A stretch of DNA of 64,000 nt from Mobula hypostoma (Eukaryota), in contig NC_086097.1 of NCBI RefSeq assembly GCF_963921235.1, forward strand, positions 63,676,001 through 63,740,000, in the 5' to 3' direction. The notes beneath the pieces were generated by a model, which was not told where the DNA came from, searched no databases, and saw nothing but the letters and a program-made list of their open reading frames with translations. The translations under genes were made by a program, and so were the position numbers. This document shows, piece by piece, positions 23,015 to 33,592 of the stretch; the first letter of the stretch is position 1; each line of letters begins with the position of its first letter.

Positions 23015-25160
23015 AGGATTGACAGTGGATATGCAATGGCAGGCATTTAAAGGTTGCATGGATGAACTACAACAATTGTTCATCCCAGTTTGGCAAAAGA
23101 ATAAATCAAGGAAGGTAGTGCACCCGTGGCTGACAAGAGAAATTAGGGATAGTATCAATTCCAAAGAAGAAGCATACAAATTAGCCAGAGAAAGTGGCTC
23201 ACCTGAGGACTGGGAGAAATTCAGAGTTCAGCAGAGGAGGACAAAGGGCTTAATTAGGAAGGGGAAAAAAGATTATGACAGAAAACTGGCAGGGAACATA
23301 AAAACTGACTGTAAAAGCTTTTATAGATACGTAAAAAGGAAAAGACTAGTAAAGACAAATGTAGGTCCCCTACAGACAGAAACAGGTGAATTGATTATGG
23401 GGAGCAAGGACATGGCAGACCTATTGAATAATTACTTTGGTTCTGTCTTCACTAAGGAGGACATAAATAATCTTCCAGAAATAGTAGGGGACAGAGAGTC
23501 CAGTGAGGTGGAGGAACTGAGCGAAATACATGTTAGTAGGGAAGTGGTGTTAGATAAATTGAAGGGATTGAAGGCAGATAAATCCCCAGGGCCAGATGGT
23601 CTGCATCCTAGAGTGCTTAAGGAAGTAGCCCAAAAAATAGTGGATACATGAGTGATAATTTTTCAAAACTTGTTAGATTCTGGACTAGTTCCTGAGGATT
23701 GGAGGGTGGCTAATGTAACCCCACTTTTTAAAAAAGGAGGGAGAGAGAAACCGGGGAATTATAGACCGGTTAGCCTAACGTCGGTGGTGGGGAAACTGCT
23801 GGAGTCAGTTATCAAAGATGTGATAACAGCACATTTGGAAAGCGGTGAAATCATCGGACAAAGTCAGCATAGATTTGTGAAAGGAAAATCATGTCTGACG
23901 AATCTCATAGAATTTTTTGAGGATGTAACTAGTAGAGTGGATAGGGGAGAATCAGTGGATGTGGTATATTTGGATTTTCAAAAGGCTTTTGACAAGGTCC
24001 CACACAGGAGATTAGTGTGCAAACTTAAAGCACACGGTATTGGGGGTAAGGTATTGATGTGGATGGAGAATTGGTTAGCAGACAGGAAGCAAAGAGTGGG
24101 AATAGACAGGACCTTTTCAGAATGACAGGCGGTGACTAGTGGGGTACCACAAGGCTCAGTGCTGGGACCCCAGTTGTTTACAATATATATTAATGACTTG
24201 GATGAGGGAATTAAATGCAGCATCTCCAAGTTTGCGGATGACACGAAGCTGGGTGGCAGTGTTAGCTGTGAGGAGGATGCTAAGAGGATGCAGAGTGACT
24301 TGGATAGGTTAGGTGAGTGGGCAAGTTCATGGCAGATGCAATTTAATGTGGATAAATGTGAAGTTATCCACTTTGGTGGCAAAAATAGGAAAACAGATTA
24401 TTATCTGAATGGTGGCTGATTAGGAAAAGGGGAGGTGCAACGAGACCTGGGTGTCATTATACACCAGTCATTGAAAGTGGGCATGCAGGTACAGCAGGCG
24501 GTGAAAAAGGCGAATGGTATGCTGGCATTTATAGCGAGAGGATTCGAGTACAGGAGCAGGGAGGTACTACTGCAGTTGTACAAGGCCTTGGTGAGCCCAC
24601 ACCTGGAGTATTGTGTGCAGTTTTGGTCCCCTAATCTGAGGAAAGACATCCTTGCCATAGAGGGAGTACAAAGAAGGTTCACCAGATTGATTCCTGGGAT
24701 GGCAGGACTTTCATATGAAGAAAGACTGGATGAACTGGGCTTGTGCTCATTGGAATTTAGAAGATTGAGGGGGGATCTGATTGAAACGTATAAGATCCTA
24801 AAGGGATTGGACAGGCTAGATGCAGGAAGATTGTTCCCGATGTTGGGGAAGTCCAGAACGAGGGGTCACAGTTTGAGGATAAAGGGGAAGCCTTTTAGGA
24901 CCGAGATTAGGAAAAACTTCTTCACACAGAGAGTGGTGAATCTGTGGAATTCTCTGCCACAGGAAACAGTTGAGGCCAGTTCATTGGCTATATTTAAGAG
25001 GGAGTTAGATATGGCACTTGTGGCTACGGGATCAGGGGGTATGGAGGGAAGGCTGGGGCGGGGTTCTGAGTTGGATGATCAGCCATGATCATAATAAATG
25101 GCGATGCAGGCTCGAAGGGCCGAATGGCCTACTCCTGCACCTATTTTCTATGTCTATGTT
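23015..25160 (+). mobile_element. CR1-clade LINE, 5'-truncated, with in-frame stops
   Basis: ORFs 22971-23651, 23652-24125, 24132-24419 and 24435-25088 are one frame broken by TGA codons; TSD TAACTATCAACTTAA at 23000-23014 and 25187-25201. Confidence 0.95.
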
Positions 25161-25302
25161 AATAAACAAACTATCAACTTAATAAATAACTATCAACTTA
25201 AGAAATAAATATGTGGACTATTTTCTAAATGGGGAGAAAATCCAGGAATCTGAGATGCAGAGGGACTTGGGAGTCCTTGTGCAGAACACCCTGAAGGTCA
25301 AC

Positions 25303-27045
25303 TTTCATTTTCTTCTAGAGGGTCATCATTTCACAGCGTTCACTCACCACAAACCCCCCTGTGCCTGCGATGGCCAAAATATCAGACTTTTGGTCTGCAT
25401 GGCAGCAACGCCAACTGGCGTACATATCAGAGTTCACAACTGATATACAACATATCAAGGGGAAAAATAATACCATGGCTGATTGCCTCTCACGGCCAGC
25501 CATTGAGGCCGTACACCTAGGGGTCGACTATGCCGGCATGGCAATCAACCAAGCTACTGACCCAGAAGTCCAGGCTTACCAAACAGCAGTCGTGGGGTTT
25601 GTGGTTTGCTGACATTAAGTTTGGGGAAGCTGGGGCTTCTCTCTTGTGCAATGTCTCAACCGGTTGTCCTTGCCCTCAAACAGGGGGCAGACTGTTTTTG
25701 ACTCCACACATGACCTCTTGCATCTGGGCTGGAATGCCTCATAGAAACTGGTTGCACTGAAGTTTGAGTGGCGCAGCCTTAGAAAGGAAATGTGTATTTT
25801 GGACTGCAGCCTGTGTTGAAGGCCAGTGTGCAAAAATTAATTATCATATCCAAGTGCCAACGGCAGCTTTTGAGGCCCCTGAGTGCCAGTTTGACCATGT
25901 TAATGTGGACCTTGTTGGACCTCTTCCCCCAACCTTTCCTGGTTTCACACAATTCCTTACCATGGGGGACCATACAACCAGGTGGACAGAGGCCTATCAT
26001 CTTGCATCGACGACAATTGCAGACATGGCTTGGGGGTTTATAAGCGCCTGGGTTGCTCAGTTTGACAGACCATGGTCCCCAGTTCATAGCAAACCTCCAG
26101 GAGACGATGGCCCGGAACCTCGGTGTTAGGCTACATCAGAGAATGGCGTGTCATCCGCAGTCCAATGGTCTATTCAAGCAGTTTCACCGCTCATTAAAGG
26201 CTGCTTTGAGGGCTTCCCTGATGAATAAGTTTTGGCATGATCTTCTCCCGTGGATCTTGCTGGGGCTCAGAACAGCTCCAAAAGAGGACCTGCAGTCATC
26301 CATAGCTGAATTGGTATACAGGCAGCTTTTTTTGAGTGCCAGGTGATTTTTTTCCTGATGCCATGACCGCCTGGTCAGCCTCTAAACAGCCTTCCACCCT
26401 CCTCAGTAAATTAAATTCCTTGCATCTATTCCTACCTCCCATCATGACATTCAGCACTTTTGAGTTCCTGTTGACCTACGTTCCACTTTTGTTTTCGTCC
26501 GCCATCATGCACACCAACATCCCCTAAGGCTCCCTTACAATGGCCCATTCTGCAGCTTGGAATGGAGAGAAACTACTTTTATCATAGATAAGCGGGGTAA
26601 ACCTTAATGTGTTTCAGTAGGTCGCCTTAAACTGGCCCACCAATATTTGGAGGATTCCGCTACCATGCCCCTGCCATCACAACATGACCATGAGCGTCTC
26701 CACACACCTCTAGACAAGCCAAAATCACCTTTTGTTCCTCCACCCATGAAACATAGGCCCAAGCTGGGTCTTTCGTCCAAGGTCCAGACAGGCTCACATT
26801 GCCGGTTTTAGCATATTCTGGAGGGGGTGGGGGTGTTGGGTAATATAATTGGTGGAAATATACAGAATTCACGGTCACAGACATTGGGTTGGGGTTTCCC
26901 TTAAGAGGCTGATCTGATGTGATGAGGTAATTACTTAAAGGACTTTGCACCTGCTTTGTGTTGTTTTTGGTGTTCAATATATGATTTCCTATGTTTTTTT
27001 CTTAAACATAAAACGCCTCCGCAGTTTTATTTGTGAAAACCTACA
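25303..27045 (+). mobile_element. Ty3/Gypsy remnant: RNase H end, integrase, PPT and 3' LTR
   Basis: LEGHHFTAFTHHKP, YISEFTTDIQHIKGKNN.MADCLSR, FDHVNVDLVGPLP, TDHGPQF, HPQSNG..KQFHRSLK; purine tract about 26820-26833, then a TG...CA LTR candidate at 26834-27045. Confidence 0.85.
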
Positions 27046-27060
27046 TTCTGACCCCAAGGG

Positions 27061-27186
27061 CAGTCCTGATAAAGGGTCTTGACTGAACCGTCGACTATCC
27101 ATTTCCCTCCCTAGATGCTGCCCGGCCTGTGAAATTCCTCGAGTATTTCACGTGTGCTCCAAAGTTCCAGCATTTGTCGTCTCTCT
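27061..27186 (+). mobile_element. Stand-alone Penelope 3' tail starting at a decayed hammerhead
   Basis: CAGTCCTGATAAAGGGTCTTGACTGAACCGTCGACT...GATGCTGCCCGGCCTG...TTCCAGCATTTG. Confidence 0.6.
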
Positions 27187-27430
27187 CAGAATTAGCTTTA
27201 TTATCACCGCATGTGTCGTGAAATTTGTTAGTTTAGCAGCACAATTCAATGCAATACATAATATAGAAGAAAAAGAAAATATAATAATAAATAAGTAAAT
27301 CAATTATAGTAATTGTGGTCCCTCCGGCAGCATCAGTGGCTGGAGTGTTATCTTGTGAAAGATGTTTCCCTGTAAAGTCTGCGCGCTGTGAATCGGACTG
27401 TGAGTCCTGTGCCACGACCAATTCACTCAC

Positions 27431-27500
27431 AAACCCAGCATCTCGACCCTGCACCGGCATTTTCCGACCACCTCCGGCCGCCACGCTGTTAGCTCCACGT
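27431..27500 (-). other. Putative non-coding first exon of a divergent gene (start approximate)
   Basis: Minus-strand donor TTT|GTGAGTG at 27431/27430 inside the CpG island; no downstream exon was identified. Confidence 0.35.
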
Positions 27501-27527
27501 CCGACACCAATACGCAGCGGCAGTTCA

Positions 27528-27555
27528 CGCAATGCCTGCTGGGTGTTGTAGTTCC
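27528..27555 (-). promoter_or_regulatory. ZNF143 (Staf)/THAP11-type SBS-ACTACA motif
   Basis: Minus strand GGAACTACAACACCCAGCAGGCATTGCG closely fits the ACTACA-nn-(T)CCCAG-nn-GC SBS pattern. Confidence 0.75.
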
Positions 27556-27559
27556 CTAC

Positions 27560-27638
27560 GCGCCGTGGCCCGTGGGACGGTGGCTACAGGGGCGAGGTTG
27601 CACCGCGATAGCTTGTGAAAGGGACGGGTCTGAGGACG
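27560..27638 (+). other. GEMIN2: Putative non-coding first exon of GEMIN2 (start approximate)
   Basis: Just downstream of the ZNF143 motif, no ATG, ends ACG|GTACGT. The first coding exon has a splice acceptor at 33408-33409, which implies an upstream exon. Confidence 0.5.
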
Positions 27639-28197
27639 GTACGTACACGTGTGCGGGAAACCGTTAAACGCCCGGTGCTCGCGAGCCCCCATGTGGAGTT
27701 CAGGCCAACTCTGCGGCGGGGTTGTGCGTGGCATCGCGGCCTGGTGTCTGCTCCAGACATTGGATTATAGCGAAAGGCGCGCCGAGCATCAGCAGACACG
27801 GCTTTTTCGGTGAATCCCTGCCCCGGTGGTTCCGGTAAAGTCCACGATGTAGCTTTTTGTAAACGTGCCAGCCAGTTCCCTCCGGGCCAGTCACTGGTTC
27901 AGAGAAGGGCTGCACTTTCAGAACTGACTGTTCTTTGGGTTGATTTAAAAATATTTTTAAGATTAATCCCTTACATTTTGGCCAACTTCGACCAATATGC
28001 TGAGATTTGTTTCAGTTCGCGACTATTTGTAAAATTTAGCTTTTTTTTATTACTGTGCATTCGTGCTTGCACTTAATTCCTCTATCACACCGCCGTCATT
28101 TTGGTATCAATACAAGTTGTTTACACCCCCCCCCCGCCCCCAACAGACTAAGTTACCGAGTAACAATCATATCATCTCTTAAATAAGCCCCTAAATA

Positions 28198-30372
28198 CTC
28201 TACCTTGCCGAGGCACAGCGACAACTCGCGAATACCTCCTCTTATTTACCCCTCGATCGTGACCCCACTAAGGAGCACCAGGCCATTGTCTCCCACACTA
28301 TCAACGACTTTATCCGCTCAGGGGATCTCCCATCCACTGCTACCAACCTTATAGTTCCCACACCCCGCACTTCCCGTTTCTACCTCCTACCCAAGATCCA
28401 CAAACCTGCCTGTCCTGGCCGACCTATTGTCTCAGCTTGCTCCTGCCCCACCGAACTCGTTTCTGCATACCTCGACACTGTTTTATCACCCCTTGTTCAA
28501 TCCCTTCCGACCTATGTTCGTGACACTTCTCACGCTCTTAAACTTTTCGATGATTTTAAGTTCCCTGGCCCCCACCGCTTTATTTTCACCATGGATGTCC
28601 AGTCCTTATATACTTCCATCCCCCATCAGGAAGGTCTCAAAGCTCTACGCTTCTTTTTGGATTCCAGACCTAATCAGTTCCCCTCTACCACCACTCTGCT
28701 CCGTCTAGCGGAATTAGTCCTTACTCTTAATAATTTCTCCTTTTGCTCCTCCCATTTCCTCCAAACTAAAGGTGTAGCTATGGGCACCCGTATGGGTCCT
28801 AGCTATGCCTGCCTTTTTGTTGGGTTTGTGGAACAATCTATGTTCCGTGCCTATTCTGGTATCTGTCCCCCACTTTTCCTTCGCTATATCGACGACTGCA
28901 TTGGCGCTGCTTCCTGCATGCATGCAGAACTCGTTGACTTTATTAACTTTGCCTCCAACTTTCACCCTGCCCTCAAGTTTACCTGGTCTATTTCCGACAC
29001 CTCCCTCCCCTTTCTAGATCTTTCTGTCTCTGGAGACAGCTTATCCACTGATATCTACTATAAGCCTACTGACTCTCACAGCTATCTGGACTATTCCTCT
29101 TCTCACCCTGTCTCTTGCAAAAACGCCATCCCCTTCTAGCAATTCCTCCGTCTCCGCCGCATCTGCTCTCAGGATGAGGCTCTTCATTCTAGGACGAGGG
29201 AGATGTCTTCATTTTTTAAAGAAAGGGGCTTCCCTTCCTCCACTATCAACTCTGCTCTTAAACGCATCTCCTCCATTTCACGTACATCTGCTCTCACTCC
29301 ATCCTCCCACCACCCCACTAGGAATAGGGTTCCCCTGGTCCTCACCTACCACCCCACCAGCCTCCGGGTCCAACATATTATTCTCCGTAACTTCCGCCAC
29401 CTCCAACGGGATCCCACCACTAAGCACATCTTTCCCTCCCCCCCTCTCTCTGCATTCCGCAGGGATCGCTCCCTACACAACTCCCTTGTCCATTCGTCCC
29501 CCCCATCCCTCCCCACTGATCTCCCTCCTGGCACTTATCCGTGTAAACGGAACAAGTGCTACACATGCCCTTACACTTCCTCCCTTACCACCATTCAGGG
29601 CCCCAAACAGTCCTTCCAGGTGAGGCATCACTTCACCTGTGAGTCGACTGGGGTGATATACTGCGTCCGGTGCTCCCGATGTGGCCTTTTATATATTGGT
29701 GAGACCCGACGCAGACTGGGAGACCGCTTTGCTGAACATCTACGCTCTGTCCGCCAGAGAAAGCAGGATCTCCCAGTGGCCACACATTTTAATTCCACAT
29801 CCCATTCCCATTCTGACATGTCTATCCACGGCCTCCTCTACTGTAAAGATGAAGCCACACTCAGGTTGGAGGAACAACACCTTATATTCCGTCTGGGTAG
29901 CCTCCAACCTGATGGCATGAACATTGACTTCTCTAACTTCCGCTAGGCCCCACCTCCCCCTCGTACCCCAGCTGTTACTCATTTTTATGCACACATTCTT
30001 TCTCTCACTCTCCTTTTTCTCCCTCTGTCCCTCTGAATATACCTCTTGCCCATCCTCTGGGTCACCCCCCCCCGTCTTTCTCCCTAGGCCTCCTGTCCCA
30101 CGATCCTCTCGTATCCCCTTTTGCCTATCACCTGTCCAGCTCTCGGCTCTATCCCTCCCCCTCCTGTCTTCTCCTATCATTTTGCATCTCCCCCTCCCCC
30201 TCCAGCTTTCAAATCCCTTACTCACTCTTCCTTCAGTTAGTCCTGACGAAGGGTCTCGGCCTGAAACGTCGACTGCGCCTCTTCCTATAGATGCTGCTTG
30301 GCCTGCTGCGTTCACCAGCAACTTTGATGTATGTTGCTTGAATTTCCAGCATCTGCAGAATTCCTGTTGTTT
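28198..30372 (+). mobile_element. Penelope-like element, same family as 11728-14706, 5'-truncated
   Basis: Near-identical RT/GIY-YIG sequence, with a nonsense TAG at 29137-29139 and a 6-bp deletion; TSD GCCCCTAAATA at 28187-28197 and 30373-30383. Confidence 0.95.
30239..30274 (+). ncRNA. Minimal type I hammerhead ribozyme motif
   Basis: AGUC CUGACGA AGG GUCUCGG CCU GAAA CGUC GACU; predicted cleavage after C30270. Confidence 0.8.
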
Positions 30373-32094
30373 GCCCCTAAATAGTTCAAATCGCATCCTA
30401 ATTCTTTGCAATTTAAATATATCCACAAATAAAATTTCATATACTAGCCTTTAGCTGGAAATAGAACTTTTTCTGCGGTTTTCCAATTATTAAATTTATG
30501 GTGATTCTACTTAGACCATTTGTAATGACCATTAAAGGAAAAAATTGTACAACAGTTAAGCTCCCATGATCTGCTATTATACTTTCTTTTCAAATCTTTT
30601 TATTATTATCCAAAATTAACGAGAGTACATCGAAGTAGGCAACACTTACAATGTCTCAACTCATTAGATACTGATTCCTGCAATTCATTTGAATCTCTGA
30701 GTTTGGGGTCTAATTTTCTGTAACCCTTTTGGTATATTGGGGCTCCACTCTTTGAAGCTCACCTGGGTCCTGTATTCCCCACCCCCCAAACTCTTGAAAC
30801 TCACCTGATTCTCACACTACTGCGAAACTAACAAGGTTCTCTTTCCTGCATTTCCTTTTAACTCACCCTTTATGTCTTAAATGCAGGATTTCAACCCAGG
30901 ACATCAATTATCTAATTGCACCGCAAACCTTGCTTGCCCAACTGAGTTCCAAAAGCAAATTTGGGTTTTTTTTTTGCTCCAGATTCCAGCATCTGCAGTG
31001 TCTCTTGTTCTGGGATCATTGTAAGATTTATTTTACTGCTGTGTGGCATCTTTTTAAAAAAGGTAATTAAAAGTGTTGGAGTATTAATAACAATAATTTT
31101 CAATAGTCTGGAAAATCTAGTCTTGCACCAGCAATATCCTGATCATACCACATTAAGAGCTTTTCTGTGCATAGTAATGTTATTGAAATGTTTCAATGCA
31201 TTTTACACAAATTATTTTACACCAGCCCCGCCCCCGATTTCACCATCTGCAGTGTCTTGTGTCTCTGCTTTTCTACTATGTTAACTTGTGTAGGATAATG
31301 CAGAACTTAAAATACACAACGAGTGATAACGTGGTTAACTATAAAAACAAATTTGGAGTATAGGTAGTACATATTTAACAATGTATCTATCTCACTGCCT
31401 TGTATTCAACACCTCAATTTCAGGACTGACAACAAGATATAACTACTTAAAAAATCTTCAACCTTTTCTCAGTTGTTTGGTGAACAGAGAAGGTGAGAAT
31501 AGCACTTTGGGATCTTTCAATGTCAATATCCGGTTATTGGCACTTGGGTGATGAAGATCTTAAATTTATTATTAAAAACACGCCAGAGTTGTGTTTAAGT
31601 TTTGTGTTTCTGGTCTCTGCAAAATCTTTGGCATTAATTTTTATTATGATCTAATTTGCTCTACAAATTACTGGTATAAACAAAGCTTTGATTGTTTCAC
31701 TGGCACACAGAATACTGGAGTTACACCTGATATGACCTTCTTCTGATCAATCCAGTCTTTCCAAATATCAATTTGTTCTAATTTATATGAAGTACTACAG
31801 AAGCCTTCATTGGACTTTGGTCACAACTCAGTTCTGTATGTGAATAGAAAGCTTTATTCATATATTGATCCTGTCCTTGGCAAAAATATTTATCCCGCTG
31901 TCTAAAAACAATGTAATTTGTTCCAATTAAAGAGTAATGACTAGAAATTGTAAATCGTATTCCAATTTTTTTCATTCAATTAATACAAAAATATACCAAC
32001 ATCAGAAATGTACTGTTGGAAGCACTGAAGATATTTCATGGTTTTGCATGTTTGGAATTTATTATTGTAAACATAAAATGTAAACCTATTCTCA

Positions 32095-33345
32095 TAAGGT
32101 ACGCCCTCCAATCCAGTTGCCCGGATTTGAGTGAGTACCTTATGAGAATATGTTGAGTGAACTTGGCCTTTTCTCCTTGGAGTGACGGAGGATGAAAGGT
32201 GACCTGATTGAAGTGTATAAGATGATGAGAGGCATTGATCATGTGGATAGCCAGAGACTTTGTCCCAAGGCTGAAATGGCTAACACAAGCAGGCATAGTT
32301 TTAAGGTGCTTAGAAATAGGTACTGAGGGGATGTCAAGGGTAAATTTTTCACACAGATGGTGGGTGAGTGGAATGCACTACTGGTGATAGTGGTGGAAGC
32401 AGATACAATAGGGTCTTTTAAGTCTTTTATGCAACTTAGAAAAATAGATGGCTATGCGCTAGGGACATTCTAGACCATCTCTAGAGTAGGTTACATGGTT
32501 GGCACAACATTATGGGCTAAAGGGCCTGTAATGTGCTGTAAATTTCTATGTTCTGTGTAACCGGGCTGAGAAATGGCAGATGGAGTTCAACCCCGATAAG
32601 TGTGAAGTGGTTCATTTTGGAAGGTCAAATTTGAAGGCAGAATATAATATTAATGGTAAGACTCTTGGCAGTGTGGAGGATCAGAGAGATCTTGGGGTCC
32701 ATGACCATAGGACACTCAAAGCTACTGCGCAGGTTGACAGTATTGTTAAGAAGGCATATGGTGTGTCGGCGTTCATCAACTATGGGATTGAGTTCAAGAG
32801 CCATGAGGTAACGTTACAGTCATATAACACCTTTGTTAGATCCCACTTGGAGTACTGCATTCACTTCTGGTCACCTCACTAAAGGAAGGATGTAGATACT
32901 ACAGAAAGAGTACAGAGGAGATTTACAAGGATGTTGTCTGGATTGGAGAGCATGCCTTATGAGAATAGGTTGAGTGAACTTGGCCTTTTCTCATTTGATA
33001 GAGGTATACAAGATGATGGGAGGCATTGATCGTGAGGATAGCCAGAGGCTTTTTCCCAGGGCTGAAATGGCGAACACGAGTGGCATAGTTTTGAGGTGCT
33101 TGGAAGTGGGTACAGAGGGGATGTCAGGGGTAAGTTTTTCACACAGAGAGTGGTGGGTGCATGGAATGCACTGCTGGCGACGAATGCAATAGGTATTTTA
33201 AGAGACTCTTAGATCTCATGGAGCTTAGAAAAATAGAGGGCTATGTGGTAGGGAAATTCTAGGTAGTTTCTAGAGTAGGTTACATGGTTGGCACAACGTT
33301 GTGGGCCGAATGGGCTGTAATGTGCTGGAGATGTCTACATTCTAT
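32095..33345 (+). mobile_element. Two tandem CR1-clade 3' fragments
   Basis: MEFNPDKCEVVHFG...HLEYC ORF at 32580-32882; two similar 3' UTRs ending near 32555 and 33345. Confidence 0.85.
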
Positions 33346-33446
33346 GTAAAATACTTGCTCAAATATTTTACTTATTGTTTGAATTTTCTTCTGATTCCAC
33401 GTTTATTAGGTGAATCAAATGCAACTCTAAAGTTAAATTTCCCTTT

Positions 33447-33592
33447 ATGGGTGGCAAAAAAGTTTTGACAGAAATGAATTTTGATGAAGAATTGATGCCC
33501 AGGCAATTGCCTGTGGATGACTGGGACACCACAGAAGACTTTGACCCTAGTGTGCCACCAAGAACACCCCAAGAATATTTAAAAAGAGTCCA
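33447..33592 (+). CDS. GEMIN2: GEMIN2 coding exon 1 (exon begins at 33410)
   Basis: [48 protein letters not shown](Q); acceptor TTATTAG, donor CA|GTAAGT; a second in-frame ATG at 33474. Confidence 0.92.

Larger units (their letters stand above)
27320..27900. promoter_or_regulatory. CpG-island-like, probably bidirectional promoter
   Basis: The only GC- and CpG-dense non-TE segment in the window, upstream of the GEMIN2 coding exons. CCAAT at 27507-27511; divergent splice donors GTGAGT (minus, 27430) and GTACGT (plus, 27639). Confidence 0.75.

Noticed and set aside
1..27430. Coding exons of SEC23A or another minus-strand gene
   Set aside because: I looked for the SEC23A N-terminal motif (DGVRFSWNVWP) and found none; no gene is called. 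TBLASTN would be decisive.
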